Notes: generated by a model not told the origin, from the sequence alone. Counted from the first letter of the stretch, positions 12,320 to 31,058 are shown. The stretch is 64,000 bases of DNA from Chrysomallon squamiferum (GCA_012295275.1 CM022670.1:35526001-35590000); one strand, 5' to 3'. Program-made: numbers and translations.

Positions 12320-15300
12320 ATGGGCTTGACATGTTCCAAGTCAATATACGATTTCTTAACCGACAAAGAACCCCGTGAAAGCATTTACAAGTACATTGAC
12401 AGAAAGATTCAGCCAGATACTCGTTATCTCGACATGTGTGCCAAGACGATTAATGAAATTGTACAATACCTGTATAAAAGTCTTTCCGTTGAACTTAAAC
12501 ATGCTCTACGTAACGAAGTGAATAGTGATCAGCTGAAAAAGATCAACGTTAAGGAAATTTTAAAGGTATATGCAGTTGGAAGTTTTCTTCTTTTTTTATC
12601 TTCTTTTCTTTTCTTTAATATCTGTATGTATATATGTATGTGTGTGTGTGTATGTATGTATGTATATATGTATGTATGTATGTATGTATGTGTGTATGTA
12701 TGTATGTTCACACACATACACACGATTGTTCCAGAAGAAAACATCACGACTGGTCGGCCAATCCATTCCATCAGCTTCGCACTGGGAGCCTGGCAAGGCA
12801 GAACAGCAGAAAACGTGGGGAAAGTCTCGGAAGCTGGTGCCAGAAGCAGCATGGAATGCCTCCGAGATACCACTGCAAGTATGGCAATTGTGACAACAGA
12901 GTCACATAGGCTGCGAAAGAATTCGATGGCAAGTCAGTCGTGGAGAACTTACCATAATGCTGAATAACAAATGGAAATTTTTCGAATGCAATTTGTATTG
13001 CCTCCAGTGTGGCCACTGCTTGTGTATTTCATTCTCCACTTGATTGCGTTCCTGTCATTACAGGAGTTAGCCCCATCAACAGTTAAAAACATATATTAGT
13101 GGGATAAGTAGCGACACAAATTTAAGGGGAAAGGGGACCCTACAACGCGTTTTGTTTTTTCAAAATTCCTTAAAGGACTATGTAGGGGACATACAGGTCT
13201 AGAGACACGCAAACCTATCACTTTCTCAATTGCGAGAAAATTTTGGCTGAATCATCAAATATTTGTTCATCTCGGTTCAAGGCCAATTTATTTCTAACAG
13301 ATTTCAAAATGGCCTTTTACCATTTTTACGGGTGGCGGAAATCACATCCAGAACACAGACGGACAATTCGAACAGAGCAGTCGGGGTACTGGATGCTACC
13401 TTCAAGTTTAGGTCTGGAGAAAAACACCCCTACCAGCTGAAACTTCTCATAAGGAAATCGAAGAGTGATCAAGCAGGTAATGGTTATCTACTGTATCCGG
13501 ACAGTTTCGCAACTGAAAACCTCTGTCTAGTGCGAGCTTTGTTTTTAAATATTTGAAATCACGATGTAAGACTGGTTCAACCCAGCTTCTTACTCATTAT
13601 ACTGGATAGCCATTAACCAGGTTCCATTTTAACATAGTTCTCAAACGCATATTACAGTTTTTAAATGTAAAAGGTCATTGTTATAAATCACACAGCTTTA
13701 GGATAGGTGCTAGGGGAGTACCAGAGGCTACAATTTAACAGTGGGGCAGGTGGCGATCGGGGGCCTACAGAAGGTATACTCGGCTGCCACACCAAATCTA
13801 ATTTTGTTTATGTCTTATTTAAATTATAAAAATGTTGATTGTAGGGAAGCATGAAGTGTGTATAATTGGATCTTCAAGTGGGCAGGAATTCAGACTCGGT
13901 CAGGGCCACATGGAGGGAACCTAGGTTTGCAGAAGGCAGGTATTGAGGTAAAATGGTAACAGGGATATGCAGTAGTCGCAGCTAGACAGTTTCATTTCAA
14001 ATAATGTGATTCTCGAGCCCCCACCTCATGTTGCAATTTTACAGCTGGGTTCGAATGACTTGGTAAGGACGAAGTTCTGTCCTGCGACTGAGAACACTGC
14101 TCCCCTCTGTGAGGATCATATAGTCAAATATGCTGCTTAGTCTTTACTGGCATGGAGCTAACAAAGCAAATTTGGTAGACACGGCCAGAAAAAGGGTGAA
14201 CAACGCTGTGAAATCACGGCCGTTAGCAGAGGGAGGAGCAGTCATTGAACACCCGGCAGTGAGAGAGGGAGATCTCAAGTTGCTCAGGACTGACGGGGTG
14301 CACTTGTCATTCATGGGAAATGCATTGTACCTGGAAGGAATGCAGAAAGCAGTGGAAATGTTGTTTTTGATGGGGGCAAGGTGTTTCCATCAGATAAGTG
14401 GATGATGGAGTGGATACAGACTCACTCCGGAGGCGGAACACCCGGGAGACAGTTACAGAACCGAGGTTCATCTGGCCCAGGATTAGGTTCCATCTACTGA
14501 ACTGTAAGGACAACGTTATTTCCAAATTATTACCTGGCTCGTACCAGAGGAATCGTGCCACCTTCGGGGCCGAATGGAAGTGGTTCAGCCCACCTGCGAA
14601 TTCCCGAGGAGGCACGTAAAGTAATTTAGATATACTTAATCTTCGTGGTCGGAGACGAGTTATGCCCACCTGCGGATTTTACCGAGGGGACTGGTTTAGG
14701 AACCTTGGCTATTGTCCATTATCTGATTAAAAGACCAGGATGGGTATAAGCAGCCAACCAGGTATACCGGTTTGCCGCTGACAAGCCACGTACTCTACCA
14801 TGAGGGCAGTCACTATGTTTCTGTGTATGTCCATATATATGTATAATACATACACACACACACGCACACACACGCACACACATATAGACACACACACACG
14901 CACACACACACGCACACACACACACACATATATATAGACACAAACAGTGATAATCTTTTCTAAGTATTATTAGAAGACGTTTCGTCTTCCACAGATCATT
15001 AACTGTGAATTAAAAACAATGTTTTAATCTGAAGAATGGTATCTACATACTATTTTATCTTTCATCTTTTCAGAGCGGATCACTTGGCAAATCGACTGCC
15101 GTGAAAGAAAAATCCGACATTGATTTAATCATTTTCTTGAACGGGATATCCAGTATCAAGGAACTGAGTGAACTAATGCCCAGCATACTGGGCTGTTTAA
15201 GAAACATGATGCCAAGAATGAGGAGCAGAAGGAGAGTGAAAAGCATTGAAGTCAAACGCGTAACGAAGTTTTCTGTTGGTCTCATAATAAAAACTCATGA

Positions 15301-16452
15301 CGGTTCTAATATTGAGATGGATTTGCTTCCAAATCTGAATATAACTAAGTCACGTATGTAAATTATTCATAGAATTCAAAATATATATATATTGATTTCT
15401 TTACATCCAGCCAAACTCCTGTATACTGAATAGGTAAAATATTCACTGTGTCAGAGACAGTGACTGTGACAACAGCTTGCTCTGGGCAGCACGTTAATTC
15501 TTAACTCACTAACTCAATACTTATACACAATTAGTGCGAACATTCAAAATAAATTTGAGGCTGTTCGAGATAATATTATTTCAGAAGATCAAGATTCATT
15601 TAAGTTTATCTTTCTTGCTACGAAGATGTAGTCTAAACACATTCATCTTTTATAATTAATATTTTTCACATAGCCACATTAACACGATTATGAATGCTAT
15701 ATGGTCATGGACCATCAACATTTCCAAACAAAAATGACAGAGGACGTGCCTGTATGTATTCTTTCCCAATATATGTGCATTTGTTTATATTGAACTTTCT
15801 TCTCAATCATTCCGAATCAAGTTTTATCAACCAAATTTTATACACAAGAACTCATTTTTTCCCCACAGGAAATTTGTTGCATATTTACGAAGAAATGGAA
15901 TCCTGTGATGAAGAACTACGACGATATTACTCTTCAAGTCTCTCGCCAATTCAAAAAGATTTCGTAAACAGATTTACCAAGCCAGCAAAAGTAAAAAATC
16001 TCATCAGATTCATGAAATTTTGGGCAAAGGTATGTTGTTGCTAGAACAATATTTTTAACTGCTACTCAAACATTTGTTTTCCTTAATTATAATCTGGATA
16101 TGTATTTATTCCTTTATTACTTCTATGAATCTTGTGTTACTTTAATTTTCCACTCGTTCATCTTCTTCTTCTTCTTTATTTTTAAAATTGCATTATAACA
16201 CAGGTAGAAGATGTTCCGCTCAGATCTTATTTTATTGAGTTATTAGTCATCTACAACAATCGGATAAACGATCGAGAGTTCTTGCAGAGCGACAGCTACT
16301 CAGACTTTGCCCTTTATGATCATATGAAAGAGTGCCTACACATTCTTTCCAACTGTGAGACGTTGAAGATAACGTTCTCAGACAACTACGACTACAGAGA
16401 CTATGGGAAAACATCTACTTCGTTAGTATAATATGAATTTTAAATTCTTCGT

Positions 16453-16550
<98 letters not shown>

Positions 16551-17223
16551 CTGAAAAAAGTTAAAAAAATGTTTTGTCATTTGTGTTTTGTCTTAGAAAA
16601 CTTATTGTCACTTTTTTCTTGTTGTAAAACATTTATGTGCTAAACAAAACGATTAGTAGATAAAACAAATATGATTTATTTTGTATTAAAATAATTTCAG
16701 TTAGAAAATCCGCTGTCATCATTCCATAATGTTTTTTCATCTATCATCAGGGAGATTTGTTTTCATATCCATTTACAAGATTTAAGAAAGTATAAAGTTT
16801 TATAAACCAATGGCAAGAACAGGATACGGCTGAAAGGCCGATCGAGGACCATAGTAATTTTGTTCTTTCCTTTAATATTAAATAATATTTGTACATTTAC
16901 TCTATTAAGATGTTCATTCATTTTTAATTTTTTGTGAAGATTCTCTGGAGCAGTTTTCAGTGTCTTCTGTTGTTTTGAGCCAAATACAGTTGTTGAGTAA
17001 GTACTTAGCATTTTTTTCTTTTCCTTTCCTTATTAACAAAAATTCGAAACTTTCTCATGAACTTACCAATATAGATGTTTAATCTGCGTGTCCGTCCGTG
17101 TGTGTGTGCGTGCTTCTGTATGTGTGTATGTCTAATTTTGGATCGTTTAATATCCGACTTCCTATTTAAACAGGAAATAGATGTAGTATTTTGCGAATGT
17201 ATTAATATATGTATGTGTGTGTG

Positions 17224-17286
<63 letters not shown>

Positions 17287-17504
17287 TTTAGACAGGATTC
17301 AGATGTAGTACTCTGAGAATAACACTTGTAATAATCTGATTTCGTTTTATTTACAGAACAGTTCCATATCTTCTTGACCCGGCTAATCCTTTCATGAATA
17401 CTGCACCGAGTCCAGAAAAGGCTGTAATTGTAAGCAAGAAAGCAAAAGAACTCCTCGACAACTGGGATCACATTTTTCAAGAAGCGATATATATATATGA
17501 CTAA
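12320..17504 (+). CDS. OAS: OAS-like protein, copy C, intact, ~350 aa, 5 exons; intron 1 enlarged by a transposon
   Basis: Exons 12320-12565, 15074-15353, 15869-16029, 16204-16421, 17357-17504. Canonical splice sites, open frame, DID and EMD catalytic residues intact. C-terminus extended (…IFQEAIYIYD*) by a deletion at the usual stop/3'UTR. Confidence 0.87.
12724..14830 (+). mobile_element. Degenerate Ngaro/DIRS-type tyrosine-recombinase retrotransposon (YR + SGNH hydrolase; RT/RNaseH not seen)
   Basis: More GC-rich block absent from other copies' intron 1. YR motifs LAPSTVKTYISGIS, FLRVAEIT, IRKSKSDQAGNG, KSHSFRIGA (~13685) and GRWRSGAYRRY (~13745). SGNH-like motifs IIGSS, LGSNDL and DGVHLS (13860-14320). 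Multiple frameshifts; flanked by CA-rich microsatellite. Confidence 0.8.
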
Positions 17505-17970
17505 CACAAAATAATTTTGATATTAACTGCAGTAATTAATATTTAATTACGAAATACAGTTATATCAGTTTTAAGCAACACAACACACTCTCATTAAAAA
17601 CAGTTTTTAAAAAGAAACACGGTAATAGGAACAGAGAAGAATTTAAATTATTGGACAAACTGATATTTCATTTCGGTGGCCATATCAATATTACATTCCT
17701 CATATTGTGTGTAAGGTCATCATGTGAAATGTATTTTTCAGAATGAATTGTCTTTACAGATAATTTACTGCTGACATTACAAATTAGACCTTTTATTAAA
17801 ACAAACAATACAAAACAACAAAAAAAAAAACACTCGAGCGGTGGCTGGTGTACACAAGGCAGTTTTCCGATTGTTTTTCTTCTGTAACTGACAGTGTGAG
17901 TTTTACTTTAAAACAGAAAAACAAAAGCATCGCGTTTAGTCCATATTCCGGATCCGGTCGATTAACAATT

Positions 17971-18668
17971 TCTGTGCAGTTGGAACACATTTCGTTGATT
18001 CTTCGACCTTCTGAGTGCTCGATTTGGGTTTACCCTTCAAGACATCGAATTTTCCTAATTTGACTTCGGTCTCAATTTTCTTAGCTTCGGGGGTGTCCAT
18101 GGCAACGCAGTACATATCCACTTTTCTTTCAGCTGTTGTTGTGGCCTTGCGTTTGCTAGGACATTCCTTGATTGCCAGAAGAAAGAACCAAATCTGTTTG
18201 GTCTTCTAGGTTTTGATCAAAGTCGTCTGAGAAATTACACATGTTTCTGAAATAGTTTCAAATAATATTTTCAGAATCCTCTAATTAATATTATCATCTA
18301 CATCATTGTTATTATTAGTAGTAGTAGTAGTAATAGTAGTAGTAGTATTATAGGTGATTCTTTTTGTTCTTCTTGTTGTTGTTGTTATAGTTGATTACTT
18401 TATAATTACTTTTATTTGCTGGTTATGAATTACTTAAGAGAGTCTGTAATATGTGTTTTGTATAAAACAGAAAACTGAACTAACCAGCATGCTCGTTCGG
18501 GTAGCAGTTGGCGTATTTGCGATGAATTTTCTCATAGTGGCACTGTGGTTCTGGAATGAGGTAGCTGGACACGAAGGGAGTGGGGACAGTACACACGTTA
18601 CCCTTTGGTCCTTCGTATTCGGCTATCCTCTGACCGTCAAAGTTACTGCACAAACCGCAAGTCTTTTT
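17971..18668 (-). pseudogene. Vitellogenin VWD exon plus terminal exon remnant
   Basis: KKTCGLCSNFDGQRIAEYEGPKGN… and DMYCVAMDTPEAKKIETEVKLGKFDVLKGKPK…. Confidence 0.7.
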
Positions 18669-18969
18669 TTCTGCAATGAGAAACAAACTACAGTTCATCA
18701 AATGTTTGTAAAATGATTTGCTGACTGTGAAACTTACTGCACAAACCACAAATGTTTCTTCTCAACACTGGTGATATCTCTTTAGACATTAAAGTGTGGA
18801 AAACAATTTACATTCGAATATCCCTATATAGGATCTCTAACTTTACAAATAAATCATAAACCGCAGAAAAGAAAAATCCTAAATAAAAAGATATTTCGAA
18901 ATTTACTTTTTACTTCTGAAACTTCCACACAAGTACACACACACGCGTAATGAACACACAGAAACACAG

Positions 18970-19002
<33 letters not shown>

Positions 19003-19352
19003 CACTTTACAGATACATTTTTTAACAATGTTTTTTTGTTTTCATTTTCTGCATTGCATTCCTTTTTTGTTTTTTTCCGAAATCAGTCTTCTTCGGTTAT
19101 AAGTTATTTTTATTATTACAATAATAATAATAATGATAATGATAATAATTATTATTGTTATTATTATTTTTATTATTATTATTATTATCATGATCATAAT
19201 CAAAATCATAATAATGTGCACATTTATTTATATACTTATTTATTTTAATATTTATTTTATATTATTTTTGTTTATTTAATTACTGAGTAATCTATTTTTA
19301 TTTACTTACTTATTCTAATTTTATTTATTTATTTATCTATCGCTCCCTTAGT

Positions 19353-19383
<31 letters not shown>

Positions 19384-19732
19384 TTGATTTATTTATTCTC
19401 TGGATCGGTGAGTATTTAAATATCTTTCTTAAATCATGTCACATCTCTACACTAAATGTTGTTGTTTTTTTCTTTTTTTATATTATAGACATATAGTAAT
19501 TAGTGAGTGTCAGAGAAAGCCCATAATAATGTGAACTATTTAATTTTTCCGATCAGTGGCAATGGATATTTCATAAACATACTTTACAACAACTTAAACT
19601 GCTGATACACTCACAAGAAAAACTACAAGGTATTTAATCCGCGTTATAAGATAATAACATATCTAAGCGATTTAGTAGTTCAAGTTACATTTAGGTCATC
19701 CAAACAGCTTGCTAAAGTTATCGTTCTTGTTT

Positions 19733-19767
<35 letters not shown>

Positions 19768-21162
19768 CTTTTGAAGAAAAACAAGGTGACGTGTAACAAT
19801 TTCCAAGAAGTTCTATTTTCACTTTTTCATTAATATTTCTGACGAATTATTCGTTCGACAGCGCACGTTTTAGGTAAGTTATTTTATAATTTCTATATAA
19901 AGCAGCCGTCAAAACAAAGATTTATGCACTCACCGTTAACAGGTGAACTATTATAATTTGATCATATCTATAACTGTCACGAGATTTATCTCTTCTTAGA
20001 TTACAGCAAAACAGACTGCTTGCACAGGAGACACGGGTTGTACATATAATTCGTATCACGGTTGTGCTTGTTCGTAAAGGGAGTATATACGGATAGTTTT
20101 TCGTAATCTTTATATATGAAATAGCTGTAGAAAGATTTAGTAAATATTATTTTTCATTCTTTATAATAGTTTGTTTTATAGCTGAATAGAATTTTAATAT
20201 GATTTAACAGACAAATACACTAGACATTCGATGTACAATATATATATACTTACCTATAGAACAAAACATTAAAACAAATAGCGTCGAAGATATTAAAATA
20301 GTGCACTATCAACACTAAAAACTAAGTAAGTCCTTATGTAAAACAATCATATATATTTAGTAATTTATTAACTATATTTAGACGATTTCTTAATATCTTT
20401 ATCAATATAATTTAAGAGACAAAAAATTGTACATGTTTATACCGCCACTAATGATTATATATATATACTTACCTAATATAGAATAAAATATTAAAACAAA
20501 AAATGTCTATGAAATTACAATAGTATACTATATACAGCTAAAACATAAGCAAAAACTTAGATATATAATCATATATATTTAGCATTTTTTCTTCGACTTT
20601 TATGCTTTTTCTCTTTTTTTTATTACTTTATTACTATTATTTATTAACTCATTTGTTGATTTACTAACATCGTTATTATTATCGTTATCATCATCAACAT
20701 TATCCTCGTCATCATTATCAGCATCACCATCAACATCATTATCATCATCATTATATTCTTCGATATATTTACTTACCGTTAATCGGTGAAGTATTGTTAT
20801 TTCATCATATGTATACTGTTACAAGATTTAACTCTACTTAGAGTACGGAGCAGATATAGCAAAACAGTCTGTTTACACAGGACACACAAGTTTTACATGT
20901 TATTCAAGTGACTGTCGTCCGTGTTGATAAAGGGAGTATCCAGATAGTCTTTTGCAAATCTTTACATGTAATTATCATATATATTTAGTAACCTTTCTTC
21001 GACTTTTATACTTTTATTCTTTTTATTCTTATTTTTGTCTTCTTATTATTATTATTTATTGAATAATTTATTTATTTGTTAATTTATTGATTAATATTAC
21101 TATCATTATCATCATCATCATAAATATTACTAAAATTATTATTATTTTACTTTCCTAGAATA

Positions 21163-24555
<3,393 letters not shown>

Positions 24556-26455
24556 ATCAGGAGTTTCTTGTGCAATATGATTACAGCTGAAGGACTGAAA
24601 AATATAAACTTTTCACAATAAGATCTATTTCTGGCGGTCTAGAATCTAGTAATCAACTACATGACTGTTAAAATAACTCTTTTGTTTCACAGAGATGGCA
24701 ATCATTCCTGCCTTTTCTTCTTATAATTATTGAAAGTTTACTTTAATCAGAACAAATCACTTCTATTGAATGATCAAGAAAGTATTAATGTGGTGTAATT
24801 CTTATTTCATTTTGTGTTCTCGTTTTGATGACTAACACAAAATAATGTCGATATTAACTGTAATAATTAATATTTAAAACGAAATATAGCTATAACACAA
24901 TACGTTTTCAATTGCTTCAGCGTTTTTAGTTTTAAATTTTTAAGCAACACAGAAAGCGACAAAACACAACATACACAACATTAAAAACAGTTCTTTAAAA
25001 GAAACACGGTAAAAGGACAGTCAACAATTTAAACTATTGGACAAACTGATATGTCATTTCGGTGGCCATTACAAAACATAGATACCTCGTTATGTTTTTA
25101 AAATCATCATGTGAAATGTATTTTTCAGAATGTATTCTCTTTACAGATAATTTATAGCTGACATTAAGGTAAAACCATTTATTAAAACAAACAATACAAA
25201 ACAAGATAAAAGACAAGACACCAGCGATGGCTGATGTACACAAACACCAATTTTCAGATTCGTTTTCTTCTGTAATTAAGACATTCAAGACATTGAATTT
25301 TCCTAATTTGACTTCGGTCTCAATTTTCTTAACTTTGCATTTGCTTGGACATTCTCTGATAGAGAAGCAAATATCTTTGGTCTTCTAGGTTTTGATCAAA
25401 GTCATGTGGTCTGAGAAATAGTTTTAAATATCATGATCAGAAACATGCTTGGGCATAAATTTAACTGACGTTACAAGTGTCACCATTTATAAAAACAAAC
25501 AATACAAAGCAGGAAAAAGACACTCTAGCGACGACTGGTGTACACTAACAACAATTTTGAAATATTTTTTCTTCTGTAGCTAACAGTGTGAATTTTACTT
25601 AAGAAAAGAAAAACAAAAGTAACGCGTTTAGTCCATATTCCGGATCCGGTCGGTTAACAATTTCTGTGCAGTTGGAACACATTTCGTTTGTTCTGCAACA
25701 TTCTGAGTGATGGATTTGGGTTTACCCTTCCGAAATTTACTTCGGTATCAATTTTCTTACCTTCGCAAGTCCTAGCTTCGGAAGACCGAAACAACTTCAT
25801 CTATTAATTAATCACCATTCTGTATTGTCTTTGACCAAATGGAACAAAACCTTAAATCCCTTATTTTATGCGTACGCGTATATATGTGTTTCTATATATA
25901 TATATATACATATACATTATCATTAATATTCATATTTTCATTATTATTATTATTATTATTATTGTTGTTGTTGTTGTTGTTGTTGTTGTTAAAGTATTTT
26001 TTGTTGAAATTTCTCAGCATCCCTGTGGACCATTTGGTGATCAACAGTTATATTCGAAAGGCTATTTATAGACTGATGTCTAACAAAGTAGGTTAGTACC
26101 TGATCCTACTCTATCTCTGTACACATGTACACCTTTCACGACTGTAATAAAAACTGTCACCTATTAATACTATATTAAAATACTGTCCTCTTTTTCTTGT
26201 TCATTATTTTCATTTCTTTTCTTTCTTTTAATTTCTTTTGTTTTATTTTGTCTTCGTATGTGCGTATGTATATCTGAATGAGAATCTTAATTAAATTATA
26301 ATAATATTTTACCTGGTCATTGTAACCAAACAGACCTAAACAAGTCCATTTATTAATCAAGTAATCATTCTGTATTGTTTCTCAGCAAATTGAACAAAAC
26401 CTTTAATCACTGACTGATTTTATATACATACTTATAAATACATTATTACTATTAA

Positions 26456-26486
<31 letters not shown>

Positions 26487-26508
26487 ATTATCATCATCAT
26501 CATCATCA

Positions 26509-26542
<34 letters not shown>

Positions 26543-26604
26543 TACTAATATTATTATTATCAACATCATCATCATTATTATTATTATTATCATCATCATC
26601 ATAA

Positions 26605-26636
<32 letters not shown>

Positions 26637-27171
26637 ACTTCTTATCAAAATTTCTCAGTATCCCTGTGGACCAGTTGATGATCATCAGTTATAATCGAAA
26701 TGCTATTTATAGTCTGATATTAAAGAAAGTACGATTAGTACCTGATCCTACTCTATCTCTGTACGCATGTACCTCTTCCACGACTGTGATAAAAACTGTC
26801 ACCTATTAATACTATCTTAGTATTGCAAGTTACATTCAGATTGTCCTAAAAACTTGCTCTAGTTATCGCCCCTTTTCGAAGAAAAACCAACAACATGACA
26901 TGTAAGAATTTCCAGGAAGTGGTTCTATTTTTATTTCTTAATTCGGAAAACTCAAAGTAAATCATTGTGATCTTCACGCATTAAACGAAAAGAATAATAA
27001 TAATGTGTACATATGTACTGGTTTACTTACTGTTATTTTGTTTTATATATCCTTTTGTTTCTTTTTTCTTTATTTATTGACTTACTCATTTACTTAGCAA
27101 TTTTATTTTTATTTACTCACTTATTTCTTTATTTCTTTACTTGTTCTCTAGATCGGTGGATTAAAAATTAC

Positions 27172-27217
<46 letters not shown>

Positions 27218-27391
27218 GGACAACAACATTAATAATCATAATCATAATAATGTGCAGAAATTTATTTACCTGCTTATGTATTTTAATATTTATTTTATAT
27301 TATTTTTATTTATTTAGTTACTGAATAATATTCTTTTTTTTTACTTACTTATTCGGATTTCATCTATTTATTTCTGTATCATATCTTTATC

Positions 27392-27426
<35 letters not shown>

Positions 27427-29327
27427 TTCTCTTGATTCTAAAGATCTTTCTTAAATCATATGACATTTCTACACTAAATGTTTTTATATTATAGATATAT
27501 ACATAATAATTAGTGACAGTCAGAGAACGCCCATACAAATTTGATCTATTTAATTTTTTCGGTCAGTGGCAATGGATATTTCATAAATATATTTTTCAAC
27601 AGCTTAAACTGCGGACACACACACATACAGACACACATACACACATACAAACACACATAACAAGAAAGTATTAAAGTATGTAATTATGGCAGTCGATAGA
27701 TATTAGCAGGGACGGAGAATAAACACAGTGGAACCCACCAACAAGGATAGAACTCGCTGCTATTCGCCCCAGAAGCTGCTGTCCGTGTGGACTGATAGAT
27801 GAGAAAAACTGCAAGAAAATATTTAAACTGCGTAATCAGTAAAGATGATATCGGTCACACTTCAGTAACTTTGTGCGGGTTACATTTAGGTTGTCCAAAC
27901 AGCTTGCTGCAGTTACCGTCCTTTTTCGAAGAAAAACAAGGTGGCCTTGTCAGAATTTCCAAGAAGTTGTTCTAGTTTCACTTCTTCTTTCGGATTTCTC
28001 ACGAATAATTCGTTTGGCAACGCAAATTTTAGGTAAGTTATTTTATAATTTCATATAAAGCAGCCGTCAAAACAAAGATTTATTTACTCACCGTTTACAG
28101 GTGAACTATCGTAATTTAATTTTATCTACACTGTTATGAGATTTAACTCTACTCAGATTACAGAGGAGATACAGCAACACATTCCTTTTACACAGGAGAC
28201 CCAGTTTCTACAGGTAATTCATATGACTGTTGCGCGTTTTCATAAAGTGAGTATTTATATAGTTTTTAGATTAGTGAAAAGTGTAGAAATATTTGGAGAT
28301 AAATTCCGGCAAATAACTGGTAGGGTAATAGACCAGTACGCCAAATAGATGTAGAAGGAATTGATACGGAGAAAGTGTTTAAATACAACATTAAAATAAT
28401 ATTTTTTTATTTTTTTATTATCGTATTGTGTCTGTGTGTGTGTGTGAGTGTGTTTGTGTGTGTCTGTGTGTGTGAGTGTGTTTGTGTGTGTCTGTGTGTG
28501 TCTGTGTGTGTCTGTGTGTGTGTGTGAGTGTGTTTGTGTGTGTCTGTGTGTGTCTGTGTGTGTGTGAGTGTGTTTGCGAGGAACCGTTTAACTATAATAC
28601 TATAAATTAAAATAATATTTCACTGGCGATTTTAACTGAACAGACCTAAGTAAGTCCATTTGTTAATTAAATATCCACTCTTATTGATCAAATGGAACAA
28701 AACCTTTATTCAGTGGCTGCAAAAAGCTTGCTGTAGTTATCGCCCTTTTTCAAAGAAAACCAAACAAGATGACGTGTAAGAATTTCCAAGCAGTTGTTCT
28801 ATCTTCACTTTTCCGTTCGCATTACTGACGATTAATTGGTTTGGCGGCGCAAATATAAGGTAAGTTATTTTATAATTTAATATAAAGCTGCCGCCAAAAC
28901 AAAGATACATTTATTTACCGTTAACTGGTCAACTATTATAATTTTATATATATATATGTATACTGTTACGAGATTTATCTCAACTTGGAGACATGTCTTT
29001 CGTATAACTGTTGTGTTTGTTCATAAAGGGAGTATTTGGGTAGTTTTTGGAAATCTTTAGATTTGAAATAGTTTTAGAAAGATTTTGAGATAACTATCGA
29101 CAAATAACTGGCATCTAACACATGAGTACAAGAGAGAGTGGTAGATGTTTTCTGAAATAATCGTTACGGAGAACGTTCTTTTTTGATCATTTTTTTTTTT
29201 TCTTCCTTTGGTTGTTGTGAAATACTTAGTTTATCTTTTATCTATAATAACAATTAATTTAAAACAACACTTTACCTGGCCATTTTAATCTAACAGATCC
29301 AAGAAAATGTGTTTAGGCTCTCTTATT

Positions 29328-29358
<31 letters not shown>

Positions 29359-29634
29359 AACGAACGTTACTGGAAAATGAATTCTTTAAATATTATTTTT
29401 CATTATTTTATAGCTTCTTTATTAACAAAATAAAATTTTAATATAATTTAAGAAACGAAATGAACAATTTTGCACCTCCATTAATAAACACTGGCTATTC
29501 TAAACAGCTAAAAACTAAGTAAACACTTACGTAAATAAACATATATATTTACGATTAGTTAATATCTTTATCACTATAATTTAAGAGACAAAAATGTAAG
29601 TTTTTGCAGTCCAGTAATAAATACCAGTCGTAAC

Positions 29635-29686
<52 letters not shown>

Positions 29687-29999
29687 TATATATATATATA
29701 TATACTTACCTATACAAAATAAAAAAAAAAAAATAGTGTCGATGAAATTAAAATAGTATATTATATAGAGCTAAAAAATTAAGAAACATTTATATGGATT
29801 TTTTCTTTCGACTTTAATATTTTTTATTATTATTTTATTAATATTATTAATTTACTGATATTTTTATCATTATCATCACCATTATCACCAGCAGCATCAT
29901 CTGCAGTATCATCAGCATCATCCTCATTGTCATCGTTCATTATTATTATCATTATCATCAACATCATTATTATTATTATCATTCCACTTTCTTAGAACA

Positions 30000-30063
30000 A
30001 TGAGCCTATCAAGTTCCAAGTCAGAACGCTATTTCTTAGCCGACAGAGAACCCCGTGACAACA
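30000..30063 (+). pseudogene. OAS exon-1 stub fused directly to 3'-UTR sequence
   Basis: MSLSSSKSERYFLADREPRDN is followed at once by 'actgtttcagttctagaaa', which lies downstream of exon 5 in other copies. Confidence 0.8.
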
Positions 30064-30999
30064 CTGTTTCAGTTCTAGAAATGAAGTATCTAAAATAATT
30101 AGATTAATCATTTAGTATAGCAAATTAAAATTAATTACTTTCGAAGTATTATCAAGATTTAAGAATGACTAACACAAAATAATTAATCTTTAAAACGAAA
30201 TATAGTTATAATACAATACGTTTTCAATTGCTTCAGCATTTTTATTTTTAAATTTTTAAGCAACACAGACAGCGAGAAAACACCACATACACAACATTAA
30301 AAGCAATTTTTTAAAAGAAACACGCTAAAAGAACAGACAACAATTTAAACTACTGGACAAACTGATATGTCATTTCGGTGGCCATTACAAAACATAGATA
30401 CCTCGTTATGTTTTAAAATTCGTCACGTGAAATGTATTTTTCAGAATGTATGGTCTTTAAATATAAATGTAACTGATGTTACAAGTGACACCATTTATAA
30501 AAACAAACAATACAAAACAGAAAAAAGACACTCTAGCGACGACTGGTGTACAGAAACAACAGTTTTGAAATACTTTTTCTTCTGTAGCTAACAGTCTGAA
30601 TTTTAGTTAAGAAAAGAAAAACAAAAGTAACGTGTTTAGTCCATATTCCGGATCCGGTCGGTTAACAATTTCTACGCAGTTGGAACACATTTCGTTTGTT
30701 CTGCCACATTCTCAGTGATGGATTTGGGTTTACCCTTCCGAAATTTACTTCGGTATCAATTTTCTTACCTTCGCAAGTCCTAGCTTCTGAAGACCCATAC
30801 AACTTCATTTATTAATTAATCACCATTCTGTATTTTCTTTGACCAAATGAAACAAAACCTTAAATCACTTATTTTATGCTTACGCATATATATGTGTGTC
30901 TGTATATATATATATATATATACATATACATTATTATTAATATTCATATTTTCATTATTATTATTATTATCATTATCATCATTATTATTATTATTATTA

Positions 31000-31058
<59 letters not shown>

